This document shows positions 29,201 through 37,191 of a DNA stretch of 57,058 nt, in pieces. Made by a program: the position numbers and the translations under genes. Origin of the DNA: a virus (Duplodnaviria; Caudoviricetes); the IMG/VR virus record IMGVR_UViG_3300033146_005660, positions 1-57,058 of that record, one strand, 5' to 3'. Numbering within the stretch: the first letter of the stretch is position 1; the number at the start of each line of letters is the position of its first letter. Under the pieces are notes generated by a model, which searched no databases, had not been told where the DNA came from, and saw nothing but the letters and a program-made list of their open reading frames with translations.

Positions 29201-29494
29201 CCTCGGGGTGAGCTTGGGGAGCGTGGCGAGACGGACTTTTTTCTTTTCGGAGACGACCTTCCCGTTCTTGTCCTTGATCTTGAATGAACCGTAAATGGGG
29301 ATCCCCCACGTGCGGTCCCCGACCTTCACCTTCCTCTGCGCGTTGTAATCCTCGACATCAAGATTGTCGTCGGCCCAAATGCTTGCGAGCTCCAAGGTCT
29401 TGTCCCGTCCATGAACGGGAAACAGGCCCTTGATGGACTTCACGGTTGTCTCGGATAACTCTTTTGACTGCTTCTCAATATTGAAATTATCCAT
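23258..29494 (-). CDS. rpoBC: Single-chain fused beta/beta' DNA-directed RNA polymerase
   Basis: Beta motifs HTPESDKVG, GYNFEDG, GDKLVGRYGNKG, NPHG..TRMNIGQ; beta' motifs LNRAPSLH, NADFDGD, SGARG, GQSMTEPLTQMTL..HSGG. Confidence 0.95.
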   Translation of the reverse strand: MDNFNIEKQSKELSETTVKSIKGLFPVHGRDKTLELASIWADDNLDVEDYNAQRKVKVGDRTWGIPIYGSFKIKDKNGKVVSEKKKVRLATLPKLTPRFSYIIKGSEHQIANQLRLRPAGYTVKSQNGLVKGQINLAKGYSGQIGMTANQETGVFRINVGQAKQRLYPILSALGVSDSLLAKKWGQGVLEANKQMKSSEFAGSLKSFAKSVTGKSYSDGESAAKDIREFVERTKMDPKVNDRTVGGKYNKMTGQFLADLSGRLLNVMKGEEEPHDRNSLEFKEYRTIQDLVEERLSMGEFSGKIKKTIANNLNSSAREGVDEVINSTVIGPHIESVFALPELHQLPKQLNPLDMYNSSTLLTIMGPGGINDRHTITDDMRNVHPSHLGFVDPVHTPESDKVGIVYHLPVGVDSKDKTLLTRAINVRTGDLEKIDPAQFADSVVAFPGQYDARAKKWKDPKEIIALGKGNKTVTVKAKDVDYTLQSPKQVFSMATNLTPFIQNNNGGRTLIASKLAEQAVSLKHREKPLVQSRVGGNTTFEGLLGDAFAFRSPTKGVISKVTKNHIVVKDNMGTKHTINLYDNFPLNQKSFIDSIVKIKEGDIVKKGQVLADTNFTDDGVLALGKNLRTAYIPYKGYNFEDGIVITDEAAKKLTSEHMHIDSATESDRAVLNKKKFVAHYPNAYKKDQVSKLGEDGVVKKGTLLNPGDPVITKLRKDEIDPENIVFGKLARSLMRPWKDDSIKWEGDTKGRVVDVVRKGKHTKVYIRTEEPAKIGDKLVGRYGNKGIVTKIIPVDQAPHEKDGTPVDIMYNPHGIVTRMNIGQVLENAAGKVAKKTGSTYVVNNFSNENYTKTIKDLLKKNGMKGTEELLDPLSGKSLGQVAVGETYVLKLEKQAKSQFSARGAGAGWKYNQSTNEPVKGGEPGAKAVDLLMFYSMLAHGARHNLREMATHKATRNDDFWYALKTGDILPPPKPTFAYNKFISYMKAAGVDVKQSGSELTLAPMTDKEISKLSNGEIKNPQFVRAKDLAELRGGLMDKTITGGLRGTKWSHIELAEPIVNPVFEAPVRSLLGINKKTFDGITNGSMFVDEQGDINEEKGLTGGNAFLRLLTELDVEKSMRTFKTSARKSKSMTTVNNANKGIRYLEALKKLNLKPQNAYILNRVPVLPPAFRPIYALPDGNLHTSPVNFLYRDLGLVSDKLRSFNKLEYMPEDAKSDLRRDLYRGAAAVAGISSNPITYYPKKRRPRGIIEEIKGNAGAGSKTGFFQKHVLRREQDLVGRGTIIPEPKLGIDEAGIPEKMAWTIFQPFVMRELVGQGYKATDADKEIENQSFVARKALEAVMAKRPIFLNRAPSLHKFNVMAFNPKLIAGKAIKIPPLIVKGFNADFDGDTMHVHVPIMPKAVEEAKKMLPSRNLFNPGTGAIMMAPSQESSIGLYFLSKSGKRTKKSFKNAEALSTSLEKGDIDIQDMVRVAGKNTTAGRMLIDAVLPEKYRGRSGLLDKSGIKKLLTEIANDNPAEYANTVDKLTELGNEHAFARGFTVSIDDVQPVIKGRQKLLDDARRASKNMSDDKKVKLYREVDKKLKVMIAHDLGEQGNNLYKMVQSGARGDMNQLKQIVSAPLLVDDVNGNTLPIAIEGSFSTGMSLPDYWNSLYGARKGVVDKQLQTSKPGEFNKDLMATVVRSVVTQEKCNTDNGLDFDINDSNVNDRVLVQDVKSRGKVLARQGDIVTPNMVTTFRKHKVKKVKCSSPLTCGLSDGVCSSCYGLDSTGKFPELGTNIGAIAGQSMTEPLTQMTLNTMHSGGVSGSKNVTGFEKIDKLIKMPKIIAGKATLSLHDGKVTSIENAMTGGKNVFIGSTKHFVSPGNSLKVKIGSTIKKGDPISDGIIQPRELVDLKGMLPAQKYLVDEIVSAYKDTGFNILKKNVETVVQSVSNTTRVVDGGSSPYTLGDVIPYSLAESFNKKALGRVGLGEALGKTLHRSYGPVKKGTEITKRVADILKNLGHTEVHIGPEPIVHKPFMEGIKQVPLLSKDWMAQLGYGHIARAIQQGAGEGWTSDIHGYSPVPAFAYGAEFGTGEKGRY

Positions 29495-29503
29495 GATTTT
29501 CTT

Positions 29504-29512
29504 GGCATAAGA
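29504..29512 (+). promoter_or_regulatory. GGCATAAGA motif (putative phage-RNAP promoter)
   Basis: Copy 10 nt from the RNAP start codon, facing the opposite way. Confidence 0.65.
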
Positions 29513-29548
29513 GGATTGTAAGAGAACAACCTAACCATGGAGATAATC

Positions 29549-29683
29549 ATGGCCACAGGACTCGAGACCGTCTCCGACCTTGAGTCGAGAGACGATTTGT
29601 TCGACGACGACTTCGATCCCCATTGGGGGGAAGAGGACGACGAAGAACCAGAGCAAGAAACTCAAGAATCCGAGGACGATTAG
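29549..29683 (+). CDS. 44-aa highly acidic peptide
   Basis: GGAG RBS; MATGLETVSDLESRDDLFDDDFDPHWGEEDDEEPEQETQESEDD; absent from the ORF track. Confidence 0.7.
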   Translation: MATGLETVSDLESRDDLFDDDFDPHWGEEDDEEPEQETQESEDD

Positions 29684-29749
29684 TTCTCACCCCCTGGCAG
29701 GTCCTCCTTCCTGCCAGGGGGCAACTTATTTTACACTGAGAGGAGCGGT

Positions 29750-29998
29750 ATGAGAACGTTCATCGACAGACTCATCTTATTTATGAGAGAGATCGTTCTC
29801 TTCGGAATGGATGCATTCATGGTCGCGGCCTCCCGTGAAGTCGCCAGAAGATTCTGGGAACGACTGTCAGGGAGAGGCGGGGCCATCGCAGCCATTTCCG
29901 AGGAGAGTGCCTCCGAGGGGAGGAAATCCGTTGTCTACTCGACATCAACGTCGGGCGGACAGAGGGAGCTTCCCTTCCTCGATGAATACAGGGACTGA
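29750..29998 (+). CDS. Hypothetical protein, 82 aa
   Basis: GAGGAG RBS. Confidence 0.7.
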   Translation: MRTFIDRLILFMREIVLFGMDAFMVAASREVARRFWERLSGRGGAIAAISEESASEGRKSVVYSTSTSGGQRELPFLDEYRD

Positions 29999-30024
29999 TA
30001 CGAGAACCGATACAAATACTGTAG

Positions 30025-30056
30025 AGGGGGAGTTTAGAACTCCCTTTTTTAGCTAT
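30025..30056 (+). terminator. Hairpin + TTTAGCTAT terminator motif
   Basis: GGGAGTT-TAG-AACTCCC-TTTTTTAGCTAT. Confidence 0.75.
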
Positions 30057-30517
30057 CGAGACACCTGGTCGGCGATCACGTACCCGGCAAAGGACGCCGT
30101 GACAACGACGGCCACCCCCCAGGCAATGTAGCTACCCCACTTGGGTTTTGCGATCTCGAGCTGAAGACGCCGGTCGGATTCGATGAGCTGTTTGGTGAGC
30201 TGATCGAGCCTCTTGGACAGCGTGTCCTTGCTGTTCTTCTCGAGCTCCGCGGCCTCTGTCATGTGCTCAACGGATGACCTCAACAGGAACACCTTGTCCA
30301 CGAGGAGCGGGATCTTCTGGCGGAGGAGCAGGAGCTCCGAGTCCGCCTTGTACAAGAGCTTGACCTGCTCGAGATCGTATGTGCATGCCCTGTGGTCTCC
30401 GCAAAGCTCGACCTTACACTTGGGAACCGCCCTGGGTTCATACTTGGGCTCCGCGCTCACGCGGGGTGCCAGGAGCAGAAGGAGCAGGCTAAATGTCGTC
30501 CCAGCCGCTAATCGCAT
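30053..30517 (-). CDS. Signal-peptide, coiled-coil, C-terminal TM protein (possibly spanin-like)
   Basis: Likely start MRLAAGTTFSLLLLLLA; coiled coil; hydrophobic C-terminus. Confidence 0.55.
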   Translation of the reverse strand: MRLAAGTTFSLLLLLLAPRVSAEPKYEPRAVPKCKVELCGDHRACTYDLEQVKLLYKADSELLLLRQKIPLLVDKVFLLRSSVEHMTEAAELEKNSKDTLSKRLDQLTKQLIESDRRLQLEIAKPKWGSYIAWGVAVVVTASFAGYVIADQVSR

Positions 30518-30884
30518 CGATGGCCTCCTTATCCTTCTGGTGGACCTTCTCAAGCTCCTCGATTTTCCCGTCGATGACGGCAATCTTGTTCTTGGACCTC
30601 GAGACGTCGAGCTTGAGTTCCGAGACCAGTTCATCGTTTTTTTCCACCTTGGAGGTGGCCACCTTGTTGGCGATCTCCAGGGATCTCACGTTCTTTTCGT
30701 GGCGGAGCTTCGCGAGCTCCCTAGACCTCCGGCTGGAGATCCAGGCGAACACGAACATGCCAACCAGGGAGACAAGGAAGAGCACAACCCCCGTTATGGC
30801 CCCGATGTGGCTGTCCTTGCCGTTCTTCTCTTTCTTCTTCGCCGAGAAAGACTTGAGGCTCTCAAGGAGTTTGGAGGGTTCCAT
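30489..30884 (-). CDS. TM + coiled-coil protein (possibly i-spanin-like)
   Basis: One TM helix, then a coiled coil; overlaps the downstream gene. Confidence 0.55.
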   Translation of the reverse strand: MEPSKLLESLKSFSAKKKEKNGKDSHIGAITGVVLFLVSLVGMFVFAWISSRRSRELAKLRHEKNVRSLEIANKVATSKVEKNDELVSELKLDVSRSKNKIAVIDGKIEELEKVHQKDKEAIDAISGWDDI

Positions 30885-31390
30885 TAGATAGCGCCAAGAC
30901 TCGAACCGGACAGGCCGCCAATGGCAGCCCCTCTGAGAATGCGACCGATCAGAGCCTCAAGGTCGTTGTGGTCATTGTCGGACGTTCCCGCTGCGATAGA
31001 CCCGCCGGCAATTGCTCCCGTGATGGCACCAGGGGCAACAAACGTCGACAATGTGGGTCGTATCTTTGGATCGTTAAAGCTTACGAACTTTGCGGCCCCT
31101 CCCGAGATCCCCGACGCGATGGCACCGCCAATCCCGCTACCAAGAAGGGCGCCCTTGGCCGCTCCGCGAATAGGATTTTCCCCATCCTTGGCTGCTCCAA
31201 TCGTGCCACCAATGATCCCACCAATGGCTGCGCCGGGAATACCAGATTCGAGGGCAACCGCCGTGGCGTTGACAGCGTTTGGCACCCTCTCGAAGGTATT
31301 CCAGGTTTTTTCAAGGTGGTCCATTGTCTCGCCGAGAAGCCCGCTGACCTTCTCGAGCTCATCACTGAATCCGTTGAGAAAATGGTTCAT
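30884..31390 (-). CDS. Glycine-zipper protein with the shared leader
   Basis: Starts MNHFLNGFSDELEKVSG; repeated GxxxGxxxG helices. Confidence 0.75.
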   Translation of the reverse strand: MNHFLNGFSDELEKVSGLLGETMDHLEKTWNTFERVPNAVNATAVALESGIPGAAIGGIIGGTIGAAKDGENPIRGAAKGALLGSGIGGAIASGISGGAAKFVSFNDPKIRPTLSTFVAPGAITGAIAGGSIAAGTSDNDHNDLEALIGRILRGAAIGGLSGSSLGAI

Positions 31391-31391
31391 T
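31341..31391. repeat. 51-bp direct repeat encoding the shared leader (second copy 31868-31918)
   Basis: CCGCTGACCTTCTCGAGCTCATCACTGAATCCGTTGAGAAAATGGTTCATT is identical at both sites. Confidence 0.95.
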
Positions 31392-31917
31392 ATTCCCCTG
31401 CCCTTTTGGCGCCTCTGCGCCATGCCTTGCTGTTTTCTCTTCTGTAGTAACGTGGTAGATATTTTTCTTGCATTCTCTGCATATAATATGGTTCTTGGAA
31501 TATATCAGTTTCCTTTGAATAACCTCTCTTTAATCTCCCGTGAACATCGAATTTGCTGAACCTTCTGTAGCCTTCTTTTATATCTCGACGTCTGACATCT
31601 TTACTCCCAATTCTCCGCCTGTCAGCACGAAGTGGGCGATGCGCTTTCTCGGCATCATTCTTGATTCTCTTTCTGTGACTGCCAAACAGATGTTTTGTCT
31701 CATCTCGTGTTGCAGTGAACTCCTCGGACTTAATTTTGCCGGGCTTGGTGATGCGCCTCTTGATGACCCCAGGACGCCTCCATGCACGTTCCTCGGCGCG
31801 TTCAACGACCTTCTTTGCCTTGGACGCAACACCAGATCTACGAACAAGTTTTGCGACATCTTTGAGTCCGCTGACCTTCTCGAGCTCATCACTGAATCCG
31901 TTGAGAAAATGGTTCAT
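31390..31917 (-). CDS. Highly basic protein with the shared leader
   Basis: Starts MNHFLNGFSDELEKVSG; the rest is very R/K-rich. Confidence 0.75.
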   Translation of the reverse strand: MNHFLNGFSDELEKVSGLKDVAKLVRRSGVASKAKKVVERAEERAWRRPGVIKRRITKPGKIKSEEFTATRDETKHLFGSHRKRIKNDAEKAHRPLRADRRRIGSKDVRRRDIKEGYRRFSKFDVHGRLKRGYSKETDIFQEPYYMQRMQEKYLPRYYRRENSKAWRRGAKRAGE

Positions 31918-31921
31918 TGCC

Positions 31922-32533
31922 CTACCCTTTGTGCTTCTGCGCCCGACCAAGGAGATCCATGAGCTCCCGTTCGGACTTCATGAGCTTCTTGCTACCCGCA
32001 AGGCGGCCGGCGAGACCGCGGCTGCCAACACCCCTTCGTGCCATTTGAATCGCCAGGGGAACGCCAGCACCGCCGACGCCAACACCGGCGCCAGCGACAG
32101 CACCTGCGAGATGTCCAACTCCCGGCGTCATCGCTCCGATCATGCCACCTGAAATAGCGCCTTCGGCTCCCAGGACAGGAGCTGCAATTGCTGGATATTT
32201 GTTCCAACCAAGCAACCTGGAAATCGGGAACTTGCGTTTGTCGAGGCCCCGGAACTTCCCGGCCTTCGCGTCGGACACGATCTTCTTGACCGTCTCGCGG
32301 ACGGCCGCACGGCTTGTCCCTTGCTGGGCAGCAAGAAGCTTCTCGAGAACCCTTCGGTCACTGCGCTTCAGAGAGCCCTTGAGGAGCCTTCCGGAGAGAC
32401 CTCGGCTCTCAATGTACCTGGGGAGTCCTCCGAGCATCATGGGGTTGTACCTGGACGTCATTGCCCGTGAAATAGAATTGAACTTACCGATCTTCTCGAG
32501 CTCGTCAGAAAATCCGTTGAGGAAGTAGCTCAT
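31922..32533 (-). CDS. Basic, Gly-rich protein with the shared leader
   Basis: Starts MSYFLNGFSDELEKIG. Confidence 0.75.
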   Translation of the reverse strand: MSYFLNGFSDELEKIGKFNSISRAMTSRYNPMMLGGLPRYIESRGLSGRLLKGSLKRSDRRVLEKLLAAQQGTSRAAVRETVKKIVSDAKAGKFRGLDKRKFPISRLLGWNKYPAIAAPVLGAEGAISGGMIGAMTPGVGHLAGAVAGAGVGVGGAGVPLAIQMARRGVGSRGLAGRLAGSKKLMKSERELMDLLGRAQKHKG

Positions 32534-32559
32534 TGGTCTCTCTCTCTCTCGAGGGTTGT

Positions 32560-33102
32560 TTAGGAGTGCGCTTTGCCGAGGATACCGCGTTTGACGAAGT
32601 CATTCGCGAAGGCCATGAACGGACCAGAGGTCAGGACGGCAATGGCAGCCTCCCAGCTCACTCCCCCACCGAACTTGGCGAGCAACATGGCGGCCATGCT
32701 CATGACGCCCACGGTGATGTACGCCCAGCGTCGACCCATCTTCTTGAAGAGCTTCAGGAGCTTCAGGATGAACATGATCAACCAGATGATTCCCGCGCTC
32801 ATGAGCCACCAGTTTTTGGCCTGGCCGGAACGGAACGTGCTCTTTGCCAGATCGACGGCCCCCGTGATGTCCTTGGGGACGCTTGAGGGGAGCGACGTGG
32901 GGGCAACCTTGACCTTCGGGTTCTTGACCGTGACCTTGGACGTTGCCTTGACGTCCTTTGCGGGCTTCGCGACAGCGGGCTTCGCGACAGCGGGCTTCGC
33001 GACCTTTGTCGCCGGTTTGACAACGGGCTCCGAGAGAGCAGGCGTTGCCCACCCGGTTATGGCCATGGCGATCACTGCGATGTAAAAACGTTTCATCTTC
33101 AT
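32560..33102 (-). CDS. Membrane protein (signal peptide, AKPAV repeats, about 3 TM; possibly holin-like)
   Basis: AGGAG RBS; start MKMKRFYIAVIAMA. Confidence 0.65.
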   Translation of the reverse strand: MKMKRFYIAVIAMAITGWATPALSEPVVKPATKVAKPAVAKPAVAKPAKDVKATSKVTVKNPKVKVAPTSLPSSVPKDITGAVDLAKSTFRSGQAKNWWLMSAGIIWLIMFILKLLKLFKKMGRRWAYITVGVMSMAAMLLAKFGGGVSWEAAIAVLTSGPFMAFANDFVKRGILGKAHS

Positions 33103-33109
33103 TCTCCTG

Positions 33110-33412
33110 TTATTTGTGAAAAGATCCCTCTGGCGGGTCTGTCTCTCTGTCTTCTTTGTCCCACCAGGATACCACAATGAACCACTGATCGGTCCTGACC
33201 GATGAGCCGTCCTCTTCACGCACCTCAGTGGTTTCCGTGAGGTCGTGAATGTTCTCAATCGTAATACCGCTTCCGCGCATGTTCGACTTCGTTCGAAGAC
33301 TCTCGTACTTGATTCGATCCTCGTTGTGGGAAATATTGAACTTCTTGATATGAAAAGTTCCCAGGAACACACCCGGCGTCGGAATACGCAGGGGGCTTAC
33401 TTTTGCTGCCAT
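33110..33412 (-). CDS. Hypothetical protein, 100 aa
   Basis: Fills the gap between portal and the next gene, same strand. Confidence 0.7.
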   Translation of the reverse strand: MAAKVSPLRIPTPGVFLGTFHIKKFNISHNEDRIKYESLRTKSNMRGSGITIENIHDLTETTEVREEDGSSVRTDQWFIVVSWWDKEDRETDPPEGSFHK

Positions 33413-33421
33413 CGTATTTTC

Positions 33422-35422
33422 CTAGACTGGAGAGTTTTCTCTTCGTGGTGGTAGTTTCTCAGGAAGAGGCTTCATGGCGTCAGCCGCCGCACCACCTGGT
33501 GGTGTCATCCCGATGTATTGCATGACCACGCGGTGCATGTTCGGCATTCGCGACTGGAGATCGGCCATAACGGAGGACCTCTGCTGCGGGCCCATGCCCA
33601 TGAGCTTGGTGGCCCAGCGCTTTGCGATCTTGTCCACGTCCAAGCTCACCACGTTCGCTTGCTGTGATGTCGCTTGCGCATCTTGAGGAACCTGGTCATT
33701 GGTGCTCTGAGCTGAGGCCTGTTGGGCCATTTCACGTTCCGCGCCCTGCTGCCCCTGTTGAGGTGGCTGGCCGCCCTGCTGCTCCTGGGGCTGTCCTGGT
33801 CCCTGCTGACCCTGGGGTTGACCCTGGGGTTGACCTTGTTGCTGCCCTTGCTGTTGCTGTTCCTGGGTCTGGACGCCGCTGGCGTTGAGCTGCTCTTGCA
33901 TCTGCTGCTGAGCCTTCGCCTGAGCCTCCTGCGCCTTCACCTGATACTTTGCGGAGGCAATCTGAGACTCGCCCTGGGCCTGGGCCTGCGCCTTCATCTG
34001 GAGCTCCTGAAGCTCCATCTGTTGTTCGATCTCGGAACGAATGATCTTCTGCTCCTTGTCGTGATCGAAACCGAGCTCCGTGAGCAATGTCTTTGTCGAG
34101 ATCTTTTGTGCGGCGTTGAGCTGGATGACAAGCTGCTTTCGCTGCACGTCATCCGCCATCTTGAATTCGGTGAACTTGAGGTCAATGTTCGGGATGTTGA
34201 ACTGGGTGACAATGTGCTTCTTGACGAAGTTGACGAACCGCATCAACAGCCGTCGGTACATCAGAAAATGGTTCTCAAGGGTTCGCAGGGAAATGCTCGA
34301 ACCACTCCAGCTCAGGCCACCAAACACGAACTCGATGGGAACCCCCATGCCTCCCGTGACCTCTTTGTTGGTGATCTCTATCTCCGGTCCTAGCATGAGC
34401 GCCCGACCGTCACCGCCGAGCCTCTCGAAGCCCAGGGGTACGGGAACCACGGAGATGTAGTTCGGGTCCGTCTTCCACTTGCCGATTTCCCCCTGAATCC
34501 TCTCGGACCAGGTGTGGAGGTTGACGTGTTGGTACGGGTCCTGGCTCGAGTTGCTCTGGGGGAAGATGAACTCCAGGGGCAAGATGCGCTGGAGGGCAAT
34601 GGCTTCCTGGGCACGCCTGAGGACATATAGATAAAAAAGACGCTTCATGGAGTGCAAGATCAAGGGTTTCCCCCACCCCTGGTCCTGCTCGGCGAGCGTT
34701 GGCCTCTTGAAGTGAAAGAGGTTCTTTTTGCTGAGGATGATGTCCTTGTTTTCCTTGACCGCCTTGATGAAGATCCACGGCGTATCCGCGACGATGTCAC
34801 TCTTTCCCTGCTGAATGGACCTTCGAACCTTGTTGGGGACCCTATAACGGTATTTCGATCGTCCGGTCATCGGGTGGAATTGGATGTCTATATTCTTCGG
34901 GTCCCATCGGATGAAGTTCATCTCGTTGATGTTCTTCACCGGAACATCATGGACCTTCCCCTGGACCTGCTCCTTGCAGGATGGGCATGAGTAGTTGAAT
35001 GCGTAGTTTTTGAACTTGTACTTGATGCTCTTGACATCACACTTGTGACCGCATTCCGGGCATTCGAGGATGCGCTTGAACGGCATGTTGATGGAGATGA
35101 AAGCGTTGCCGAACGTGAAAAAGTCGAGACCAATCTCTATCAAGAACGGCTTGATATCCAACGTCTCCTCAAGGATGTCTTTCCACTTGTTCCGAACGTT
35201 CTCATCCTCGTCGTTGTACACAAAGTCCGTGACCGGATACTCGGCGATCTTGTAGACAACGGAGCCAATCAACGGGTCCGTGTAAAAAAAGTATGCACAC
35301 CACTTGAGGAGTTCCTTAACGGTCGGCGGCATGTAGCTTTGTGCTACGTCAAAGAACGGGGACGGATAGATGAGCCCCCTTCTCCGGTCGTGACCGCCTT
35401 GGGGCGTTGTGGGATCTGCCAT
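33422..35422 (-). CDS. Portal protein with a zinc-ribbon insertion and Q-rich tail
   Basis: Portal-like pattern (FGNAFI, RWDPKNI, FHFKR..GWGKPLI, GMGVPIEFVFG); CPECG..CPSC insert. Confidence 0.8.
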   Translation of the reverse strand: MADPTTPQGGHDRRRGLIYPSPFFDVAQSYMPPTVKELLKWCAYFFYTDPLIGSVVYKIAEYPVTDFVYNDEDENVRNKWKDILEETLDIKPFLIEIGLDFFTFGNAFISINMPFKRILECPECGHKCDVKSIKYKFKNYAFNYSCPSCKEQVQGKVHDVPVKNINEMNFIRWDPKNIDIQFHPMTGRSKYRYRVPNKVRRSIQQGKSDIVADTPWIFIKAVKENKDIILSKKNLFHFKRPTLAEQDQGWGKPLILHSMKRLFYLYVLRRAQEAIALQRILPLEFIFPQSNSSQDPYQHVNLHTWSERIQGEIGKWKTDPNYISVVPVPLGFERLGGDGRALMLGPEIEITNKEVTGGMGVPIEFVFGGLSWSGSSISLRTLENHFLMYRRLLMRFVNFVKKHIVTQFNIPNIDLKFTEFKMADDVQRKQLVIQLNAAQKISTKTLLTELGFDHDKEQKIIRSEIEQQMELQELQMKAQAQAQGESQIASAKYQVKAQEAQAKAQQQMQEQLNASGVQTQEQQQQGQQQGQPQGQPQGQQGPGQPQEQQGGQPPQQGQQGAEREMAQQASAQSTNDQVPQDAQATSQQANVVSLDVDKIAKRWATKLMGMGPQQRSSVMADLQSRMPNMHRVVMQYIGMTPPGGAAADAMKPLPEKLPPRRENSPV

Positions 35423-35437
35423 AATGTGTTCCCGTTC

Positions 35438-36994
35438 TTAGATGATGGGCTTGTCCATGACCGCTCTCTGGGTCACGAACGCGCCGCCGGCGTACATGTA
35501 GATTTTTCGTTTTTCTGCAGGGGACAAGGCGTCCCATCCGCCGCTCGACCACTTGTCATGAATGGAGCCCAGGGATGGCTTGTTGGCGATGTCACCGGGT
35601 GTCGTGCCCTTCGGGGGACTCTGGGGGTCCCTGTGCGGCGGCGGGGTTCCCGGATTCTTCTGGTTCTGGATTCCCTTGGGATCGTACTTTGCCGACTCTC
35701 CCGCCGAAGCAGCGTTTCCGCTCTGACCCTTTGCGGCCTTGCGGGCTCCAACGTCTTTTTGTTCCTCGATGGTTTTCAGGATACTCTTGCCGTCTCGGCG
35801 TATTCTCTGGTTGTTGTAGCCGCGCGTGTGCTCCATGATCGCCTTATGTTCCGGCATGGAATGAGCTTTAGCGGCAGCTTCAGACTGGGTCATTGTCGGC
35901 GTTCCAGACGACCGACCCGCTTCTGCTTCACCCCGTGCTTCACTCATGTTGCTTTTCGGAACGTTTGATTTTTGCGTACTTTTATTCGGTTGAGGCGTGT
36001 TTGTCGTCTCATCGACCTTCGGCTTCGGTGGTGCCTTGGTCTCGATTTTTCTGGTCCCCCCATGCTCACCGTACATCTTATGGAGCTTGCCAGTATGTCT
36101 TTCCTCGATACGCTTGAGGTCCGCGATGTTCTTCTCGGTCGCCTCGGCCTGTGCACCAAGGCGAATTCGTCGGGGATCCGTATTGCTCAGGGGTGCGAGC
36201 TTTTTGTTGATCTTCGCCAGCTCCGCCTCGTTCCTGGCGATACCCGCCTGCGCGCGACTTACAGAACGCGTGACATCCCGGGCGATCGGTGCGTTGTAAC
36301 GACCTTTGATCTGGCGACCAATGGAGCCAACGCCTGTCTTTATGCCGTGAAAAAATCCACCTTCTCTCCCTGATTTTCGTCCTTCCCTGATTGCGCGACG
36401 AACACCAGATCCTACCGGTGTGCGCCCATGGACTTTGAGTGCTCTGATGTGCGAATAATTTTTCGAGGCACCGTTGGCGCCGACTTCAATATCTCTCAGT
36501 CTTTTGAGTTTACTTCCGGAGATTGAAGAAACTCGGGCGCCTGTCCGGAAACCGCTTGCAAGACTCCCAACGCCCTTGCCAATCCTCTTTAGGCCCGTGA
36601 GCGCCCGTCCAATCGCAGAGACGTTGACCGCTTCTTTGCCGAACGATGGATTCAGGAGGTCAGCGGAGATGGAGTCCGTAAGCAACTGAACCTGACTGTC
36701 ATCCTGGGGTTCCGTGGCGTTGATGTAGGCCACGGCGACCTTGGTCATCCCTGCAGGCTCGTTCTCGGCCATGACCGCCATGGACTCCAAGAGGCCCTCG
36801 TAGGAATCGGCGCTCTGAATGTCAGACGCAGTCTTCTCGAGGTCCCCGGGGCGCTCGTTGATGATCAAGTACGCGAGCTTCTCGTGAAACGAGAACTCAG
36901 CAAGGTCCCTCTCGTTGTTGACAGGAAGCACGTCAGAGAAGAACGTCTCGCTCTCCTCTTCAACCAGATATCTGAAAGCCCCTAGCTTACCCAT
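35438..36994 (-). CDS. Putative internal head protein (acidic N-terminus, basic remainder)
   Basis: EKLAY, EKTAS, TKVAV and GKEAV motifs in the acidic N-terminal region. Confidence 0.7.
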   Translation of the reverse strand: MGKLGAFRYLVEEESETFFSDVLPVNNERDLAEFSFHEKLAYLIINERPGDLEKTASDIQSADSYEGLLESMAVMAENEPAGMTKVAVAYINATEPQDDSQVQLLTDSISADLLNPSFGKEAVNVSAIGRALTGLKRIGKGVGSLASGFRTGARVSSISGSKLKRLRDIEVGANGASKNYSHIRALKVHGRTPVGSGVRRAIREGRKSGREGGFFHGIKTGVGSIGRQIKGRYNAPIARDVTRSVSRAQAGIARNEAELAKINKKLAPLSNTDPRRIRLGAQAEATEKNIADLKRIEERHTGKLHKMYGEHGGTRKIETKAPPKPKVDETTNTPQPNKSTQKSNVPKSNMSEARGEAEAGRSSGTPTMTQSEAAAKAHSMPEHKAIMEHTRGYNNQRIRRDGKSILKTIEEQKDVGARKAAKGQSGNAASAGESAKYDPKGIQNQKNPGTPPPHRDPQSPPKGTTPGDIANKPSLGSIHDKWSSGGWDALSPAEKRKIYMYAGGAFVTQRAVMDKPII

Positions 36995-37191
36995 TTCGGA
37001 CCTCTTCCTCTTCCGCGCGTTGGATCGAGCTCGTAGATGCGGTCTGCGTCCTTGTCGAGCTTCTTCATGGCCTCATTCAGGAGGTTATCACGCGAGTTCA
37101 GTGCGGACACGTAGATGTTCCTTGCGCAATCCAGGCAAACCGGTGGAACGCCGACAATGACGCCATCCTTACCGCAAATGCTGCACTTCAT
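36982..37191 (-). CDS. Small zinc-finger protein
   Basis: CSICG..CLDC. Confidence 0.65.
   Translation of the reverse strand: MKCSICGKDGVIVGVPPVCLDCARNIYVSALNSRDNLLNEAMKKLDKDADRIYELDPTRGRGRGPKWVS

Noticed and set aside
23258-29494. Inteins or introns in the RNAP gene, or a host rpoBC locus
   Set aside because: Continuous ORF with no intein or homing-endonuclease motifs; neighbours are phage genes, not ribosomal protein genes.
29503-29520. TGGCA motif as a sigma54 -24/-12 promoter
   Set aside because: No TTGC at the required spacing in any of the five copies.
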